Below are positions 8,452-18,597 of a stretch of DNA of 64,000 nt, piece after piece. Position numbers and translations under genes: made by a program. The stretch is from an uncultured Anaerolineaceae bacterium (GTDB lineage Bacteria > Chloroflexota > Anaerolineae > Anaerolineales > Anaerolineaceae). The notes below the pieces were generated by a model that was not told the origin of the DNA, did no database searches, and saw only the letters and a program-made list of their open reading frames with translations. Where the stretch lies: positions 6,913-70,912 of the forward strand of contig CAZHXQ010000001.1 of the NCBI GenBank assembly GCA_964536465.1. The letters are read 5' to 3'. Numbering within the stretch: position 1 is the stretch's first letter; each line of letters opens with the position of its first letter.

Positions 8452-9456
8452 TCAGAGGTTGTATTCGTTCTTGTAACCTTCCAAAAGATGTTCTGCCTGA
8501 TCAATGAAGTGATCCAGACCTTGCAGGAGGCTTTCGTTCTGGTCGTGGGTGAAACCGAGTGCTGCCAGAAATTGCTGCCATTTTTGATGGTGTTCTCGAC
8601 CTTCAAGGCAGGAAAGCGCCTGCAGCCAGGTTTCAATCATGGGCCACAGCACGGCATGCAGCGCCCCGCTTTCTGCCATTGCCTCGACGCTCTGTAGAAA
8701 GTAAGCCTTCCTCACCCTGGAGATGTTTACCGGGCAATCGGCCTGTTTATTGGCTGCTTCCAGGGCTTCTTCCCAGACCGGACGCCACTGCTTGAAGAGA
8801 GTATCGTTCATGTTTTCATTACCCAGCAAGCGGGTCAGTTCACCAATCAGGGGCAGTCTTTCCAGCGTTTCCATTCGGCTGGTGAAGTCGAGCATAAATC
8901 TGCGTGTGGTCAAGGCTGGTCCGTTCAGACAGGCGGGTGCGTTTGCGGCAGTTCCAACGGTCTTAAAATAAAGCGCAATCCAATCTTCCCAGCGGACCTC
9001 CTGGCAGTCGTTCAGGTCGAACCACAGACTGCGGGCCTTTTCGGCGAACTGTTGGGCGCGCCCGTAGACGTTTTCCGGGCTGTCAAAGCGTGCGCTTACG
9101 CTGGCCTGGATAAATTCGAGCCAATGATCGTTATCAAGTAATATGTTTTGATGATTACACAGGGCATAGCCGATCCACGGGTTTTGACGTAAACGACGAT
9201 GATAAGTGTAGAAATATTGATGGTGGTGTTCAATATCCAGAGAAATTTCGTAAGTCACCCTTATGGCTTCCCGCTTGAGCGGAGGTTCTTCTTTATGCAC
9301 GAAAATCAGGTCGATGTCAGTACTGCCTCCCAATAACGGCTCACCCTCCGAAACCGAGCCGGTCAGGTAGACCGCAACCAGGTCTTTTTCCTTTCGAACT
9401 CTCCGGGCGATGTGGTCCCTGGCAATTTTCAGCAGCATTTCCTGATTTATTCTCAC
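8452..9456 (-). CDS. Nucleotidyltransferase-domain protein (Pol-beta superfamily), function unknown
   Basis: N-terminal VYLTGSVSEGEPLLGGSTDIDLIFV matches the GS...DxD minimal nucleotidyltransferase signature. The rest is a helical domain. Confidence 0.6.
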   Translation of the reverse strand: MRINQEMLLKIARDHIARRVRKEKDLVAVYLTGSVSEGEPLLGGSTDIDLIFVHKEEPPLKREAIRVTYEISLDIEHHHQYFYTYHRRLRQNPWIGYALCNHQNILLDNDHWLEFIQASVSARFDSPENVYGRAQQFAEKARSLWFDLNDCQEVRWEDWIALYFKTVGTAANAPACLNGPALTTRRFMLDFTSRMETLERLPLIGELTRLLGNENMNDTLFKQWRPVWEEALEAANKQADCPVNISRVRKAYFLQSVEAMAESGALHAVLWPMIETWLQALSCLEGREHHQKWQQFLAALGFTHDQNESLLQGLDHFIDQAEHLLEGYKNEYNL

Positions 9457-9466
9457 AAAAGCTCCT

Positions 9467-10105
9467 TCAGCTTTCCAGCGGCAGACTCTGTTGATAGGGA
9501 GCCAGCCGCAGGGCTTGTTTTATTTGGTTGATCACGAAATCCAGATCGGCAGGGTCGGAAATAACATTCAGATTGTCGGTTTCAATGTTCAGTACCCGTC
9601 CCTGCCACTTATCCTGTGCAAAGAAGTGATCATAAGCTTCCATTAGCTCGCCGATGTAAGCTGGGTCCATATTGCGCTCAAATGAACGATCGCGGTGGGC
9701 GATGCGATTCATCAGTGTCTCCAGACTGGCTTTCAAGTAAACCACCAAATCCGGGCTAGGGATTTTATCTGCCAGGGCGGCGTGGACGTTATGGTAAACC
9801 TCCAATTCATCACCCGCGAGGTTTATTCCGGCGAAAAGGGCGTCTTTGTCGAAGGTATAATCTGAAATTACCATCTTGCCACTCTTTAGAACCCCAGGAA
9901 TAAACTTGTTTTGCTGATGATAGCGACTCATCAAAAAAAATATCTGGGTCTGGAAAGCGTAACGACTGCGATCGCTGTAAAAATTGCTCAGAAAAGGATT
10001 TTCTTCAAATACTTCCAGAAGGACTTCGCCTTCAAAGGCAGGCTTGAGCAGGCGCGCCAGGGTCGTTTTACCAACCCCGATAACACCTTCAATAGCAAGA
10101 TACAT
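9467..10105 (-). CDS. Deoxynucleoside kinase
   Basis: P-loop IEGVIGVGKTTLARLL, then FEENPFL, RSRYAFQTQIFF and DRSFER, which are dNK/dCK/dGK family motifs. 212 aa. Confidence 0.85.
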   Translation of the reverse strand: MYLAIEGVIGVGKTTLARLLKPAFEGEVLLEVFEENPFLSNFYSDRSRYAFQTQIFFLMSRYHQQNKFIPGVLKSGKMVISDYTFDKDALFAGINLAGDELEVYHNVHAALADKIPSPDLVVYLKASLETLMNRIAHRDRSFERNMDPAYIGELMEAYDHFFAQDKWQGRVLNIETDNLNVISDPADLDFVINQIKQALRLAPYQQSLPLES

Positions 10106-10275
10106 AAAATCACTCCGCGATAAGATTTGGAGTTAAAACTATACCATAAAGGACTGCTATGAAGCTCGATCACGAGCATTGGGAGCTGGAAAAGATCGAG
10201 CTGGGAAGAAGAGATAGCCAGTGACCTGACTGACTGACCATGCCAACTCAGTTGGAGGTTGGAAAAAAGGCAATC

Positions 10276-11049
10276 TCAAATCTTCAAGTGCTCATGCAGG
10301 GTTGCAGCGGTCTGAACAAACTCAGGGGTAAAGCGCATCTGATTGCTACGGGGGCGCGGCAAGTTGACTGGCAGGTCCAGCACTATTCCCTGCGGATAGT
10401 CTGATAGCACCAAAACGCGATCGGCCAAAAAAACTGCCTCAGAGATAGAGTGGGTCACCATCAGGATCGTCTTGCGTTTCTCGGTCCAGATGCGCAGCAG
10501 TTCCTGGCTCATGCGTTCACGGGTCAGTTCATCCAGGGAAGCAAAGGGCTCATCGAGAAGCAAAATGTCAGGGTCTTGCACCAGCGACCGGGCGATTGCA
10601 ACCCTCTGCGCCATCCCGCCTGAGAGTTCGTGAGGCCAGGAGTTCTCAAAGCCCTGCAGACCGGTAAGCGCTACCATTTCCTGTACACGCGCGTCAGTTT
10701 CTGCTTTAAGGGTTCCTGCTAATTCAAGGGGCAGGGCAATGTTATCGCTAAGCGTTCGCCACGGCATCAGGTTAGCTTTCTGAAAGACCATTCCGGTTCG
10801 GGCCTGCCTGCCGTGGATATCCGGAAACTCAATCGTGCCAGCCTCATAGGGGATCAAACCCGCAAGTGCGCGCAGAAGCGTGCTTTTACCACTTCCCGAA
10901 GGTCCTACCAGACAGGCGAAAACATTTTTTTGCAGGCCGAAACTCACGTTCTCCAGAACCTGCAGGAGACCATCTTTCTCTTGAAAGCTGACCTTCAGAT
11001 TCAGGACGACCAGTGAGTTTTCAGGGAAGGAAGTCATTCGTATACACAT
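10276..11049 (-). CDS. ABC transporter ATP-binding protein (nitrate/sulfonate/taurine-type importer)
   Basis: Walker A GPSGSGKST, signature LSGGMAQRVAIAR and Walker B ILLLDEPF. An alternative start lies at 11037 (MTSFPE...). Confidence 0.85.
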   Translation of the reverse strand: MCIRMTSFPENSLVVLNLKVSFQEKDGLLQVLENVSFGLQKNVFACLVGPSGSGKSTLLRALAGLIPYEAGTIEFPDIHGRQARTGMVFQKANLMPWRTLSDNIALPLELAGTLKAETDARVQEMVALTGLQGFENSWPHELSGGMAQRVAIARSLVQDPDILLLDEPFASLDELTRERMSQELLRIWTEKRKTILMVTHSISEAVFLADRVLVLSDYPQGIVLDLPVNLPRPRSNQMRFTPEFVQTAATLHEHLKI

Positions 11050-11995
11050 CCTTGATATCGAGATTACTTTTAATCAGGCCGATCTCGAGCAGCACGTTCA
11101 TCATATTGGTCCAGCGCAGGTTCTGCTCCGCTTGAGTTTCGGGTATAAGCTGCCAATGGCTGATCGATTCTTTGAGCACTTCTTTCTGAATCGGCGCAAC
11201 TTCCTCAGTCAGATTCTCTACATATTTTTGGCTGATCGTCCAGGCTTCCTCTTGATTTGCTGCGGTATATTCAAGAGCTTTCCTGAAAGCCCTCACCACT
11301 TTTCCAACCAGGTCAGAGTTGTTTTCAATGCTGGTTTGATTGCTGACCAGACAATTCCCAACCAGCTGGATATAATCTTGAACGGCAATGAGCTCAATTT
11401 CATAGCCTTTTGCGCGTAGTTGTACCGGCTCGTTAGCCAGGTAGACTACCACGGCATCCACACGACCACTGATCAGGCTCTCCACCTGGGTAAAGCCGAT
11501 CGAGACCAACTTGTAGTCATCTCGCTTGAGGCCAGTCTGAGAAGCCAGCGCTTCCATCCCGATGTAATTGGCTCCGTAAAGCCCAGGCAGCCCAATCTCT
11601 TTTCCGGCCAAGTCAGCCGGCTCAGTGATACCAGCGTCTTTGAGCGCGGCCACCCCCACAGGGTAATCTTTGTACCAGGTGGCCACCGACACTACCGGCA
11701 GCCCCTGCTCACGGCTGAGCAAAACCTGTTCCCCTGAGGCGATCGTAAACTGCTGATGGTTTGAACCCACCAGCGCCACAAAATCAGCTTCGTTACCATA
11801 AGCAAGCTCGACTTCCAGCCCTTCCTCAGCGAAAAAACCCTTGTCGATGCCAACATACATTGGCGCGAACTGGATATTAGGTACATAGGTGAGATTGAGA
11901 GTGATTTTTTCAAACTCGCTGGTGTCTTCCGATTTACAGGCGGACAAAACGAGAACTAAGATCAGGATAAAAAGTACGGGAATATTTTTTTTCAA
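11021..11995 (-). CDS. ABC transporter substrate-binding lipoprotein, NMT1/THI5-like
   Basis: Lipobox LVLSAC after the signal peptide. A periplasmic-binding fold of NMT1/SsuA type is suggested by LNLTYVPNIQFAPMYVGIDKGFF. It lies in an operon with the permease and ATPase. Confidence 0.8.
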   Translation of the reverse strand: MKKNIPVLFILILVLVLSACKSEDTSEFEKITLNLTYVPNIQFAPMYVGIDKGFFAEEGLEVELAYGNEADFVALVGSNHQQFTIASGEQVLLSREQGLPVVSVATWYKDYPVGVAALKDAGITEPADLAGKEIGLPGLYGANYIGMEALASQTGLKRDDYKLVSIGFTQVESLISGRVDAVVVYLANEPVQLRAKGYEIELIAVQDYIQLVGNCLVSNQTSIENNSDLVGKVVRAFRKALEYTAANQEEAWTISQKYVENLTEEVAPIQKEVLKESISHWQLIPETQAEQNLRWTNMMNVLLEIGLIKSNLDIKDVYTNDFLP

Positions 11996-12007
11996 GATAC
12001 CTCCAGG

Positions 12008-12817
12008 TTAACTTTCTTGCCAGGTCTGCCATTTTAAGGCTCGCCGCTCGATGAATAATACTACGCTGTATAAGCTGGCGGCCAGGAAGATCAGGCTGAA
12101 TACGGCAACGAACACCAGCGCGGTGTCATATTGCCCGCGACCGAGATTGATCAGATAACCCAGCCCCCGGTCGGATCCCACCAGTTCACCTACAATTGCC
12201 CCGATGACCGAAAGTGTTGCCCCAACCCGTAGTCCGCCCAGCAATACGGGTAGAGACGCGGGCACCTCCAGATAGCGCAAAATCTGCCATTTACTGGCTT
12301 TGAAAGAAGCCATCAATTCGCGCAGATCCTGCGAAACCTGACGCATCCCTACCAGAACATTGACTAAAACCGGAAAGAAAACCGTCAGGGCACAGATGAG
12401 CACCTTAGAAAACAACCCCGGTCCAAACCAAATGATGATCAAGGGGGCGATTGCCACCACAGGCACCGACTGACTGCCTACTAAAAATGGCGAGAGCAGT
12501 TTCTCAAGCAGTGGTGTTTTTGACAGGATGTACCCGAGGATGGATGCAATCACACTACCAATCAACAAGCCCAGGGTAAGCTCAAGTAAGGTATAAGAAG
12601 TGTTGTGCCACCACATGCCGTTGCCGAACACTTGAATAAATTTTGCCCACACCATCGCCGGACTCGGCAATATAAAGGGGGGTAAGTTTAGAATCGCGTA
12701 AAGCAGTTGCCAAATCCCCAGGAACAAAACAAAGGAAGCCAACGGCAGAAGCCAGCGCTGCCGGGTAGCTCTGAGCCAGAAGGGGTTGGTCTGAGGGGTC
12801 TTCAATCGTATTGCCAT
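12008..12817 (-). CDS. ABC transporter permease (binding-protein-dependent inner-membrane component)
   Basis: 269 aa with about 6 TM segments and an EAA-like loop (ELMASFKASKWQILRYLEVPASLP). Confidence 0.85.
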   Translation of the reverse strand: MAIRLKTPQTNPFWLRATRQRWLLPLASFVLFLGIWQLLYAILNLPPFILPSPAMVWAKFIQVFGNGMWWHNTSYTLLELTLGLLIGSVIASILGYILSKTPLLEKLLSPFLVGSQSVPVVAIAPLIIIWFGPGLFSKVLICALTVFFPVLVNVLVGMRQVSQDLRELMASFKASKWQILRYLEVPASLPVLLGGLRVGATLSVIGAIVGELVGSDRGLGYLINLGRGQYDTALVFVAVFSLIFLAASLYSVVLFIERRALKWQTWQES

Positions 12818-13064
12818 AATCTAAGCCTAATTGTAAAGGCATTTGATTAACGAGGTAGAGTGAATCAAGTCATGTGCATGAAAGGTATGACAATAATAAT
12901 TTCTCACGGTTTCTTTCGCCGGTCAAATGACTTTGCGCCCGCTTCGACTTGAAAAATAAACCGAGTGATCTTGGCTGCCAAGCCTGCATTGGCAAATCAT
13001 CCACTCAGGCTTGTTCACCTTCTGATTGTCGACCAGCGAGAAAATCCGGCTATAATATATTCAT

Positions 13065-13943
13065 ATGCCGCTGAAACCTTTCCGCCCGTCTGATATCATG
13101 CTTATGCCCAATACCGCCGCCCCCAAGGCGAATGTGCTGGCGGAGCAGGTCAGAAGTTACTTAATCGATTCCGAGATCAGGGTTAAGACCTTTAATTACG
13201 ATTTTGAAAACCCCGGTCTAAGCCCAGACCTGCAGGACATCGATCTGTTGATTGTTTTAGGTGGCGACGGCAGTCTGTTGAGGGCGGGGCATTTTTGCGC
13301 GCCCTTGGGAATTCCCCTGCTGGGCATTCAGTCGGGGCGGCTTGGCTTTCTGGTTGAACTGGACGAGAAAAACCTGGAGAATAACCTGGAAAGATTGCTC
13401 AGAGCCGATTACCGCCTGGAGAGCCGCATGATGCTGAAAGCCCAATTGTTTTCAGGTGCTTCGCTCAGCCATACATGGGACGTAATCAACGAGGCTGTAA
13501 TTTGCCGGGGCTACGAGGTCCGGCCTATTGAAGTTCGTATTGACCTGAATGAAGGATATATGAACTCCTATGTGGCTGACGGAGTAATCGTCGCTACTGC
13601 CACTGGTTCGACCGCTTATGCTCTTGCTGCCGGTGGTCCGATCTTGCCTCCTGAGCTGCGTAATATGCTCATTATACCTATTGCCCCTCACCTCAGTTTC
13701 GATCGGGGCGTGGTTTTGGCTGAAGGCGCTGAGGTGAACCTCTATCCGACCATCACACACGATGTGGTCGTCAGCATCGATGGCATGCAGCCGGTTATGC
13801 TGGCTGAGGGCGACCGTGTCCATATCAGCGCTAACCAGCACTCCCTGCACATGGTGCGTTTTGGTGAACCGAACTACTTCTATCGGGACCTGGCGGCTGT
13901 GATCCAACAAAATCCGATCCTCGGAGCGGAAAAGCATGGCTGA
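13065..13943 (+). CDS. nadK: NAD kinase
   Basis: GGDGSLLRA motif, ATATGSTAYALAAGGPI and 292 aa length are all typical of PpnK/NadK. Confidence 0.9.
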   Translation: MPLKPFRPSDIMLMPNTAAPKANVLAEQVRSYLIDSEIRVKTFNYDFENPGLSPDLQDIDLLIVLGGDGSLLRAGHFCAPLGIPLLGIQSGRLGFLVELDEKNLENNLERLLRADYRLESRMMLKAQLFSGASLSHTWDVINEAVICRGYEVRPIEVRIDLNEGYMNSYVADGVIVATATGSTAYALAAGGPILPPELRNMLIIPIAPHLSFDRGVVLAEGAEVNLYPTITHDVVVSIDGMQPVMLAEGDRVHISANQHSLHMVRFGEPNYFYRDLAAVIQQNPILGAEKHG

Positions 13944-14475
13944 TAAGCACAAATACGAGCCTGAATTGGTCGGCGAGCAGCCGGATGGGAGTCCGGTTCT
14001 GCGCTGTAATCGCTGTGGCAAACCAATTACACCTGAAACAGCGGTCTTAACACCAACAGGCTACCGCTGTCAGGAATGCATCCGCGCGCAGCAGAAAGTG
14101 TTCGACACTGCCAGGAACCTCGATGTAGTGGTTGGGTTCCTGATTTCCGCTTTGATTTCTTTCGCCGGCAGTTTACTTGTGCCGCGCCTGGGATTCTTTA
14201 CCCTATTAATTGCGCCAGGCGTTGGAACCTTGATCTACAACGCGGTCCGGCTTGCCGTCAAGAAGCGGCGCAGCAAAGTGCTCAACAGCGCGATCCTTGC
14301 TGGCGCTCTCATTGGCAGCCTGCCGCTGCTGGTGCCCGAAATTTTGCGAGTGATCCGGCTGTCCTCAAATATGTTTTCTGCTATTAGTAATCTCATGCCT
14401 TTAATCTGGAAGGTCGTCTACGCGGTATTGGTGGCGACCACTGCTTACGCCCGAACGAAAGGGATACGCCTTTGA
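13936..14475 (+). CDS. Membrane protein with an N-terminal zinc-ribbon
   Basis: CNRCG...CQEC forms a four-Cys ribbon, followed by 3-4 hydrophobic helices. Its start overlaps the nadK stop by 8 nt. Confidence 0.55.
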   Translation: MADKHKYEPELVGEQPDGSPVLRCNRCGKPITPETAVLTPTGYRCQECIRAQQKVFDTARNLDVVVGFLISALISFAGSLLVPRLGFFTLLIAPGVGTLIYNAVRLAVKKRRSKVLNSAILAGALIGSLPLLVPEILRVIRLSSNMFSAISNLMPLIWKVVYAVLVATTAYARTKGIRL

Positions 14476-14481
14476 GGTGCT

Positions 14482-16215
14482 ATGCTTCGCGAACTGCACA
14501 TCCAGAATTTTGCGATTATCACGGACCTGACGCTCAAGTTTAAGCCCGGCCTGGTAGTTCTGACGGGGGAAACAGGCGCAGGCAAGTCAATTATCCTCGA
14601 TGCTCTCAGCGCGGTCCTGGGGGCCCGAGCCGACAGTCTCAGTGTGCGCGCAGGGAGCAACCAGGCAATTGTCGAAGCCTTGTTCGAACTGGACGAGCTA
14701 ACTTTGTTTTCCCTGAGACCGCTCTTGGAACAAGAGGGACTGCTCGATGAGGAGGAAAGTTACCTGACGCTCTCACGTGAAATTCGGGCTGAAGGTCGTT
14801 CGATAGCCCGGATAAACGGACGAAGTGTCAATCTGACCATCCAATCTGAAATTGGGCAAGCCCTGGTGGATGTCCATGGTCAGTCAGAGCATCTCTCTCT
14901 GCTGAGAGTAAAGCATCACCGCGAACTGTTGGATCGCTTTGCTCGCAATTTTCCTCTGCTGCAAGAATATCAACAGAACTATCGTATTTGGTCTCGCCTG
15001 GAGCAGGAGTTGGTTGAATTGAAGCAAATTCAAAGCAATGCTGACGAGCGCGCCGACATCCTGCGCTACCAGATTGGTCAGATCGAAGCCGCCAAACTGA
15101 AGCCGGGGGAAGAAGAGGCTCTTTTACAAGAACGATCCCGACTGGCGAACGCTGAAAACCTGAGCCGCTATACCCAGTCTGCTCTGGAGATGCTCGATGA
15201 AAGCTCACCTGAAACCAGCGCTGTGACCGATATACTTGGAGCTGTCTCGCAAGAATTAAACTCTTTGGCAAAAATCGATCCTCAAATGCAATCCCTGGCC
15301 GAGCAAACGGAAATGGCTTTGAATAGCCTTGCGGATATCGCCTACGAACTGCGGCAATATAACGAGAGCATTGAGTTCAATCCCTCTCGGTTGGACCAGA
15401 TCGAAGTACGGATTGACCTGATCAATTCTCTCAAGAAAAGGCACGGCGGGACGCTCGAGTCTGTTTTGGAGTACTACGCCAGAGCCCAAGAGGAGTTGGG
15501 GGAAATCGAAGGAGTGGAAGGTCAGATTGAAAAAGTGGATAAGAAAATCCGCGAGATTAAAGAAACTCTGGCTGAAAGCGCTCTAAAACTCAGCCAAAGC
15601 CGCCACGAGGCTGCCGTTGATTTGGGCGGTCAGATGGAAGAGCGGCTCTCAATGCTGGAAATGGAAAAAGCCCGTCTTTCGGTGCTGATCGAAGAGAGGA
15701 AGGATGCTCATGGTCTTCCTATCAAAGAAGGGCTTGCCTTTGATCTCAATGGCATCGATCGAGTGGAACTTTTGATAGAAACAAACCCGGGAGAAGGTTT
15801 TAAGCCCCTGGCAAAGATTGCCTCGGGAGGTGAGACATCACGCTTTATGCTTGCGTTAAAGGAGGTTTTAGCGGAAGCTGATCAAATCCCTACACTGGTC
15901 TTTGATGAGATCGATAGCGGAATTGGTGGACGTGTTGGAATGAGGGTGGGTTCCATGCTCTGGAGTCTGGGCAGGCACCATCAGGTAATGTGTGTGACCC
16001 ATCTGCCTCAGCTGGCAGCTTTTGGCGACCAACATTTGAAGGTTACCAAGCTGAGCGAGTCGGGGCGTACAACCACACAGGTTCTAGAGATAGGCGGTGA
16101 GGCACGTGAGCTGGAACTCGCAGAAATGCTGGGGTCCTCCGGAGAGCAAAGTTTACAAACCGCAAGGGAATTGCTCGCGACTGTCAACAGAATTACGGGT
16201 ACAATTCAGGAGTAA
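14482..16215 (+). CDS. recN: DNA repair protein RecN
   Basis: N-terminal Walker A GETGAGKSI, a long coiled-coil middle region, and the C-terminal ASGGETSRFMLALK signature with Walker B LVFDEIDSGIGG. Confidence 0.9.
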   Translation: MLRELHIQNFAIITDLTLKFKPGLVVLTGETGAGKSIILDALSAVLGARADSLSVRAGSNQAIVEALFELDELTLFSLRPLLEQEGLLDEEESYLTLSREIRAEGRSIARINGRSVNLTIQSEIGQALVDVHGQSEHLSLLRVKHHRELLDRFARNFPLLQEYQQNYRIWSRLEQELVELKQIQSNADERADILRYQIGQIEAAKLKPGEEEALLQERSRLANAENLSRYTQSALEMLDESSPETSAVTDILGAVSQELNSLAKIDPQMQSLAEQTEMALNSLADIAYELRQYNESIEFNPSRLDQIEVRIDLINSLKKRHGGTLESVLEYYARAQEELGEIEGVEGQIEKVDKKIREIKETLAESALKLSQSRHEAAVDLGGQMEERLSMLEMEKARLSVLIEERKDAHGLPIKEGLAFDLNGIDRVELLIETNPGEGFKPLAKIASGGETSRFMLALKEVLAEADQIPTLVFDEIDSGIGGRVGMRVGSMLWSLGRHHQVMCVTHLPQLAAFGDQHLKVTKLSESGRTTTQVLEIGGEARELELAEMLGSSGEQSLQTARELLATVNRITGTIQE

Positions 16216-16228
16216 TCTCAGAAACTGG

Positions 16229-16253
16229 CCAACTTTTGGGTTGGAGCTTTTTT
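16229..16253 (+). terminator. Weak intrinsic terminator after recN
   Basis: CCAAC-ttttgg-GTTGG hairpin followed by agcTTTTTT. The stem is only 5 bp. Confidence 0.35.
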
Positions 16254-16305
16254 ACTCAACTACTGATTTCATTAATCGCAGTTTAGGTACACAAAAGGAG
16301 AGACT

Positions 16306-17565
16306 ATGGCAATTTCTGATGACGTTCTCGCAGTAATTTTGGGGGGAGGGCAGGGCAAACGACTTTATCCATTGACCGCCGAACGGGCGAAACCAGCAGT
16401 TCCCATTGCTGGAAAATACCGCCTGATTGATATCCCAATCAGCAATTGTATAAATTCAGGCATTTTCAGGATTTCAGTGCTGACACAATTCTTGTCGGTT
16501 TCCTTGCACAAGCACATCAGCCGTACCTATGTTTTTGACAACTTCCATCCTGGTGGGGTTCAGGTCTGGGCGGCAGAACAGACGATGGAAAACACAGATT
16601 GGTATCAGGGAACAGCCGACGCGGTAAGAAAGCAGATGAATGAAATTTGCAGCACCAATGCCAAACACGTGCTCATACTTGCCGGCGACCACCTTTACCG
16701 CATGGATTATGCCAATATGGCAGAATTTCACGTAGATAATAGTGCTGAAGTGACTGTAGCCGTCCAACCTGTGCCTAAAAATGAAGCTTTTCGCTTCGGT
16801 ATCCTCAAGCGTGATGAGGACGGACGCATCACCCGCTTCGCTGAGAAGCCTAAAGACACGGCACTATTGGCGGAACTCGTCAGCAGAGATGACCCTGAAT
16901 CTCCTTATTTGGGCTCGATGGGGATCTATATGTTCCGAATGGAGACGTTGAAAGACGTTTTGAGAGATGGTTATGCTGAAAAGAAGCTGGATGATTTTGG
17001 TGGAGATATCATTCCCTCGTTGATTCAGCGGGGTAGAGCAGTATATGGCTTCAATTTTGAAGGCTACTGGCGTGATATTGGGACAATCCGCACCTTTTAC
17101 GAAACTAACCTCGAATTGGCCGAAGCAAACCCGGAATTCGATTTTTATGACCCGGACAATCCTATTTTTACTCATCCCCGTTTTTTACCAGGTAGCCGTG
17201 TGAACAGCTGTGCCCTGCGAAATGTATTGCTGGCAGAAGGGTCCGAAATCAGCGCTGCCTGCATTGAACACTCAGTCATCGGTTTGCGCTCGGTGATCGG
17301 TGAAGGCACCAGCATCAAAGACACGATTGTTATGGGCTGTGACTGGTATGGCACTCAGTCTAATGGAGCTCCTCTGGGAATCGGTCGAAATTGTGATATT
17401 CAATGCGCGATTATCGACAAAAACGCCAGCATTGGAGATAACGTTGTGATCAAACCGTTCCCCGACGGGCATGAAAGTGATCATGATCTGTATAAAGTTC
17501 GTGAAGGAATTGTGATCATACCTAAAAACACCACCATTCCAGCCGGGACCATAATTGAAATCTGA
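16306..17565 (+). CDS. glgC: Glucose-1-phosphate adenylyltransferase
   Basis: AVILGGGQGKRLYPLTAERAKPAVPIAGKYRLIDIPISNCINSG and a C-terminal left-handed beta-helix region. An AAGGAG RBS is present. Confidence 0.9.
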   Translation: MAISDDVLAVILGGGQGKRLYPLTAERAKPAVPIAGKYRLIDIPISNCINSGIFRISVLTQFLSVSLHKHISRTYVFDNFHPGGVQVWAAEQTMENTDWYQGTADAVRKQMNEICSTNAKHVLILAGDHLYRMDYANMAEFHVDNSAEVTVAVQPVPKNEAFRFGILKRDEDGRITRFAEKPKDTALLAELVSRDDPESPYLGSMGIYMFRMETLKDVLRDGYAEKKLDDFGGDIIPSLIQRGRAVYGFNFEGYWRDIGTIRTFYETNLELAEANPEFDFYDPDNPIFTHPRFLPGSRVNSCALRNVLLAEGSEISAACIEHSVIGLRSVIGEGTSIKDTIVMGCDWYGTQSNGAPLGIGRNCDIQCAIIDKNASIGDNVVIKPFPDGHESDHDLYKVREGIVIIPKNTTIPAGTIIEI

Positions 17566-17583
17566 AACAATGAATAATTAACG

Positions 17584-17613
17584 AAAACTCCAACTTTAGT
17601 TGGAGTTTTTTGT
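17584..17613 (+). terminator. Rho-independent terminator, probably bidirectional (glgC and the convergent trmH-like gene)
   Basis: AAAACTCCAAC-ttta-GTTGGAGTTTT, an 11-bp perfect stem flanked by an A-run and a T-run. Confidence 0.8.
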
Positions 17614-17690
17614 TATCGGCTGACTGCTCGCACCCATACCCGGGCGATGATTCTTTTGACGATAAACCTTATGGTAACAAGACCGGAAAC

Positions 17691-18326
17691 TTACGAGTGC
17701 AATAGCCGATAAACCGCAATCCCAAAAGCAACCGCGACGTTGATGGAGGATTTTTTACCTGCCATGGGAATAGATAATTTGCGATCGGACAGCGCCAGGA
17801 TTTCCGGGTCAATCCCAGCCGGTTCACTGCCCACTACCAGACCAAGCTTTTGAGGCAGAGGTTTATTTGCTTTGGGGGTAAAGATGTTTTCAGACTCGGG
17901 CAGGCACTCCAGAGCGAAAATCTGGCAGCCTTCAGTTTTCAAGCGAGTGGCTAAATGTACCCCGTTTTTATGCGAAGACCAGCCAACACGGGTTTCCGAC
18001 CCCAGGGCGGCCTTCGCCAACGCGCGATTCTCGCCTGGCGCAGGGGTTAACCCGCACAAATAGAGGTGACTGATGGAGGCGGCTTCCGCGGTCCTGAAAA
18101 TAGATCCGACGTTTTGCGCGGAACGGATGTTGTCCAAGATTCCAACCAGATTGACAGCTCCATTACCATCCCATTCAGGCGTCCACTGGTCGCTTTGGTG
18201 TGAGCCCAGCCGCAGGGCAGACCCACAGCGGGGACAAATTTCACCCTTAAATAAGGTTAGATCCAGGGGAAAGCGAAAGCTGCACGCCAGGTTCGTGCAT
18301 TCAAGAAAAGCGAATTTATTTGTCAT
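17691..18326 (-). CDS. SpoU/TrmH-family RNA 2'-O-methyltransferase with an N-terminal zinc-ribbon
   Basis: CTNLAC...CPRCG ribbon. SpoU motifs are present (LDNIRSAQNVGSIFRTAEA, LVVGSEPAGI, SIPMAGKKSSINVAVA). Confidence 0.8.
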   Translation of the reverse strand: MTNKFAFLECTNLACSFRFPLDLTLFKGEICPRCGSALRLGSHQSDQWTPEWDGNGAVNLVGILDNIRSAQNVGSIFRTAEAASISHLYLCGLTPAPGENRALAKAALGSETRVGWSSHKNGVHLATRLKTEGCQIFALECLPESENIFTPKANKPLPQKLGLVVGSEPAGIDPEILALSDRKLSIPMAGKKSSINVAVAFGIAVYRLLHS

Positions 18327-18358
18327 GGCGTTATTCTATATGATAACAGTATTAAAAG

Positions 18359-18397
18359 GTCAGTCACCAGGGTGAGGGGGGCACCCGAGTGACTGAC
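18359..18397. repeat. Hairpin repeat, copy 1 (GTCAGTCAC-ca-GGGTG-AGGGGGG-CACCC-ga-GTGACTGAC)
   Basis: 39-nt two-tier hairpin located 33 nt upstream of the trmH-like start. It shares a 17-nt identical core with copy 2. Confidence 0.7.
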
Positions 18398-18558
18398 AAT
18401 AAGATTATACACCTTCAAGATACTAATTCAAGGTTTTTTTATTAGAATTTTGAATATTACTTATTAGACAGATATCTCAACCTGTCTGGCGTGTGTAAAA
18501 ACCTGCGTAAAAATCGCGATACAGAAGACTAATTTGACAGGGAAGTAGGCTTAAAAAT

Positions 18559-18597
18559 GTTAGTCGCCTGGGTGAGGGGGGCACCCAAGCGACTAAC
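18559..18597. repeat. Hairpin repeat, copy 2 (GTTAGTCGC-ct-GGGTG-AGGGGGG-CACCC-aa-GCGACTAAC)
   Basis: Lies exactly 200 bp from copy 1. The outer stem differs at two base pairs, and both changes are compensatory. The flanks are also similar (TTAAAA upstream, GAnTATACA downstream). Confidence 0.7.

Noticed and set aside
10222-10240. CTGA x3 microrepeat (GTGACCTGACTGACTGACC) resembling the stem of hairpin copy 1
   Set aside because: It has no complementary arm or conserved core. It is a short simple repeat that is likely coincidental.
12818-13064. Possible TPP (THI-box) riboswitch upstream of the NMT1/THI5-type ABC importer operon
   Set aside because: I wrote out the minus-strand leader. It contains GUGAGA and CUGAG fragments, but not the conserved ACCUGAUCUGGAUAAUGCCAGCG core or a matching P1. 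I do not consider it supportable without a covariance-model search.
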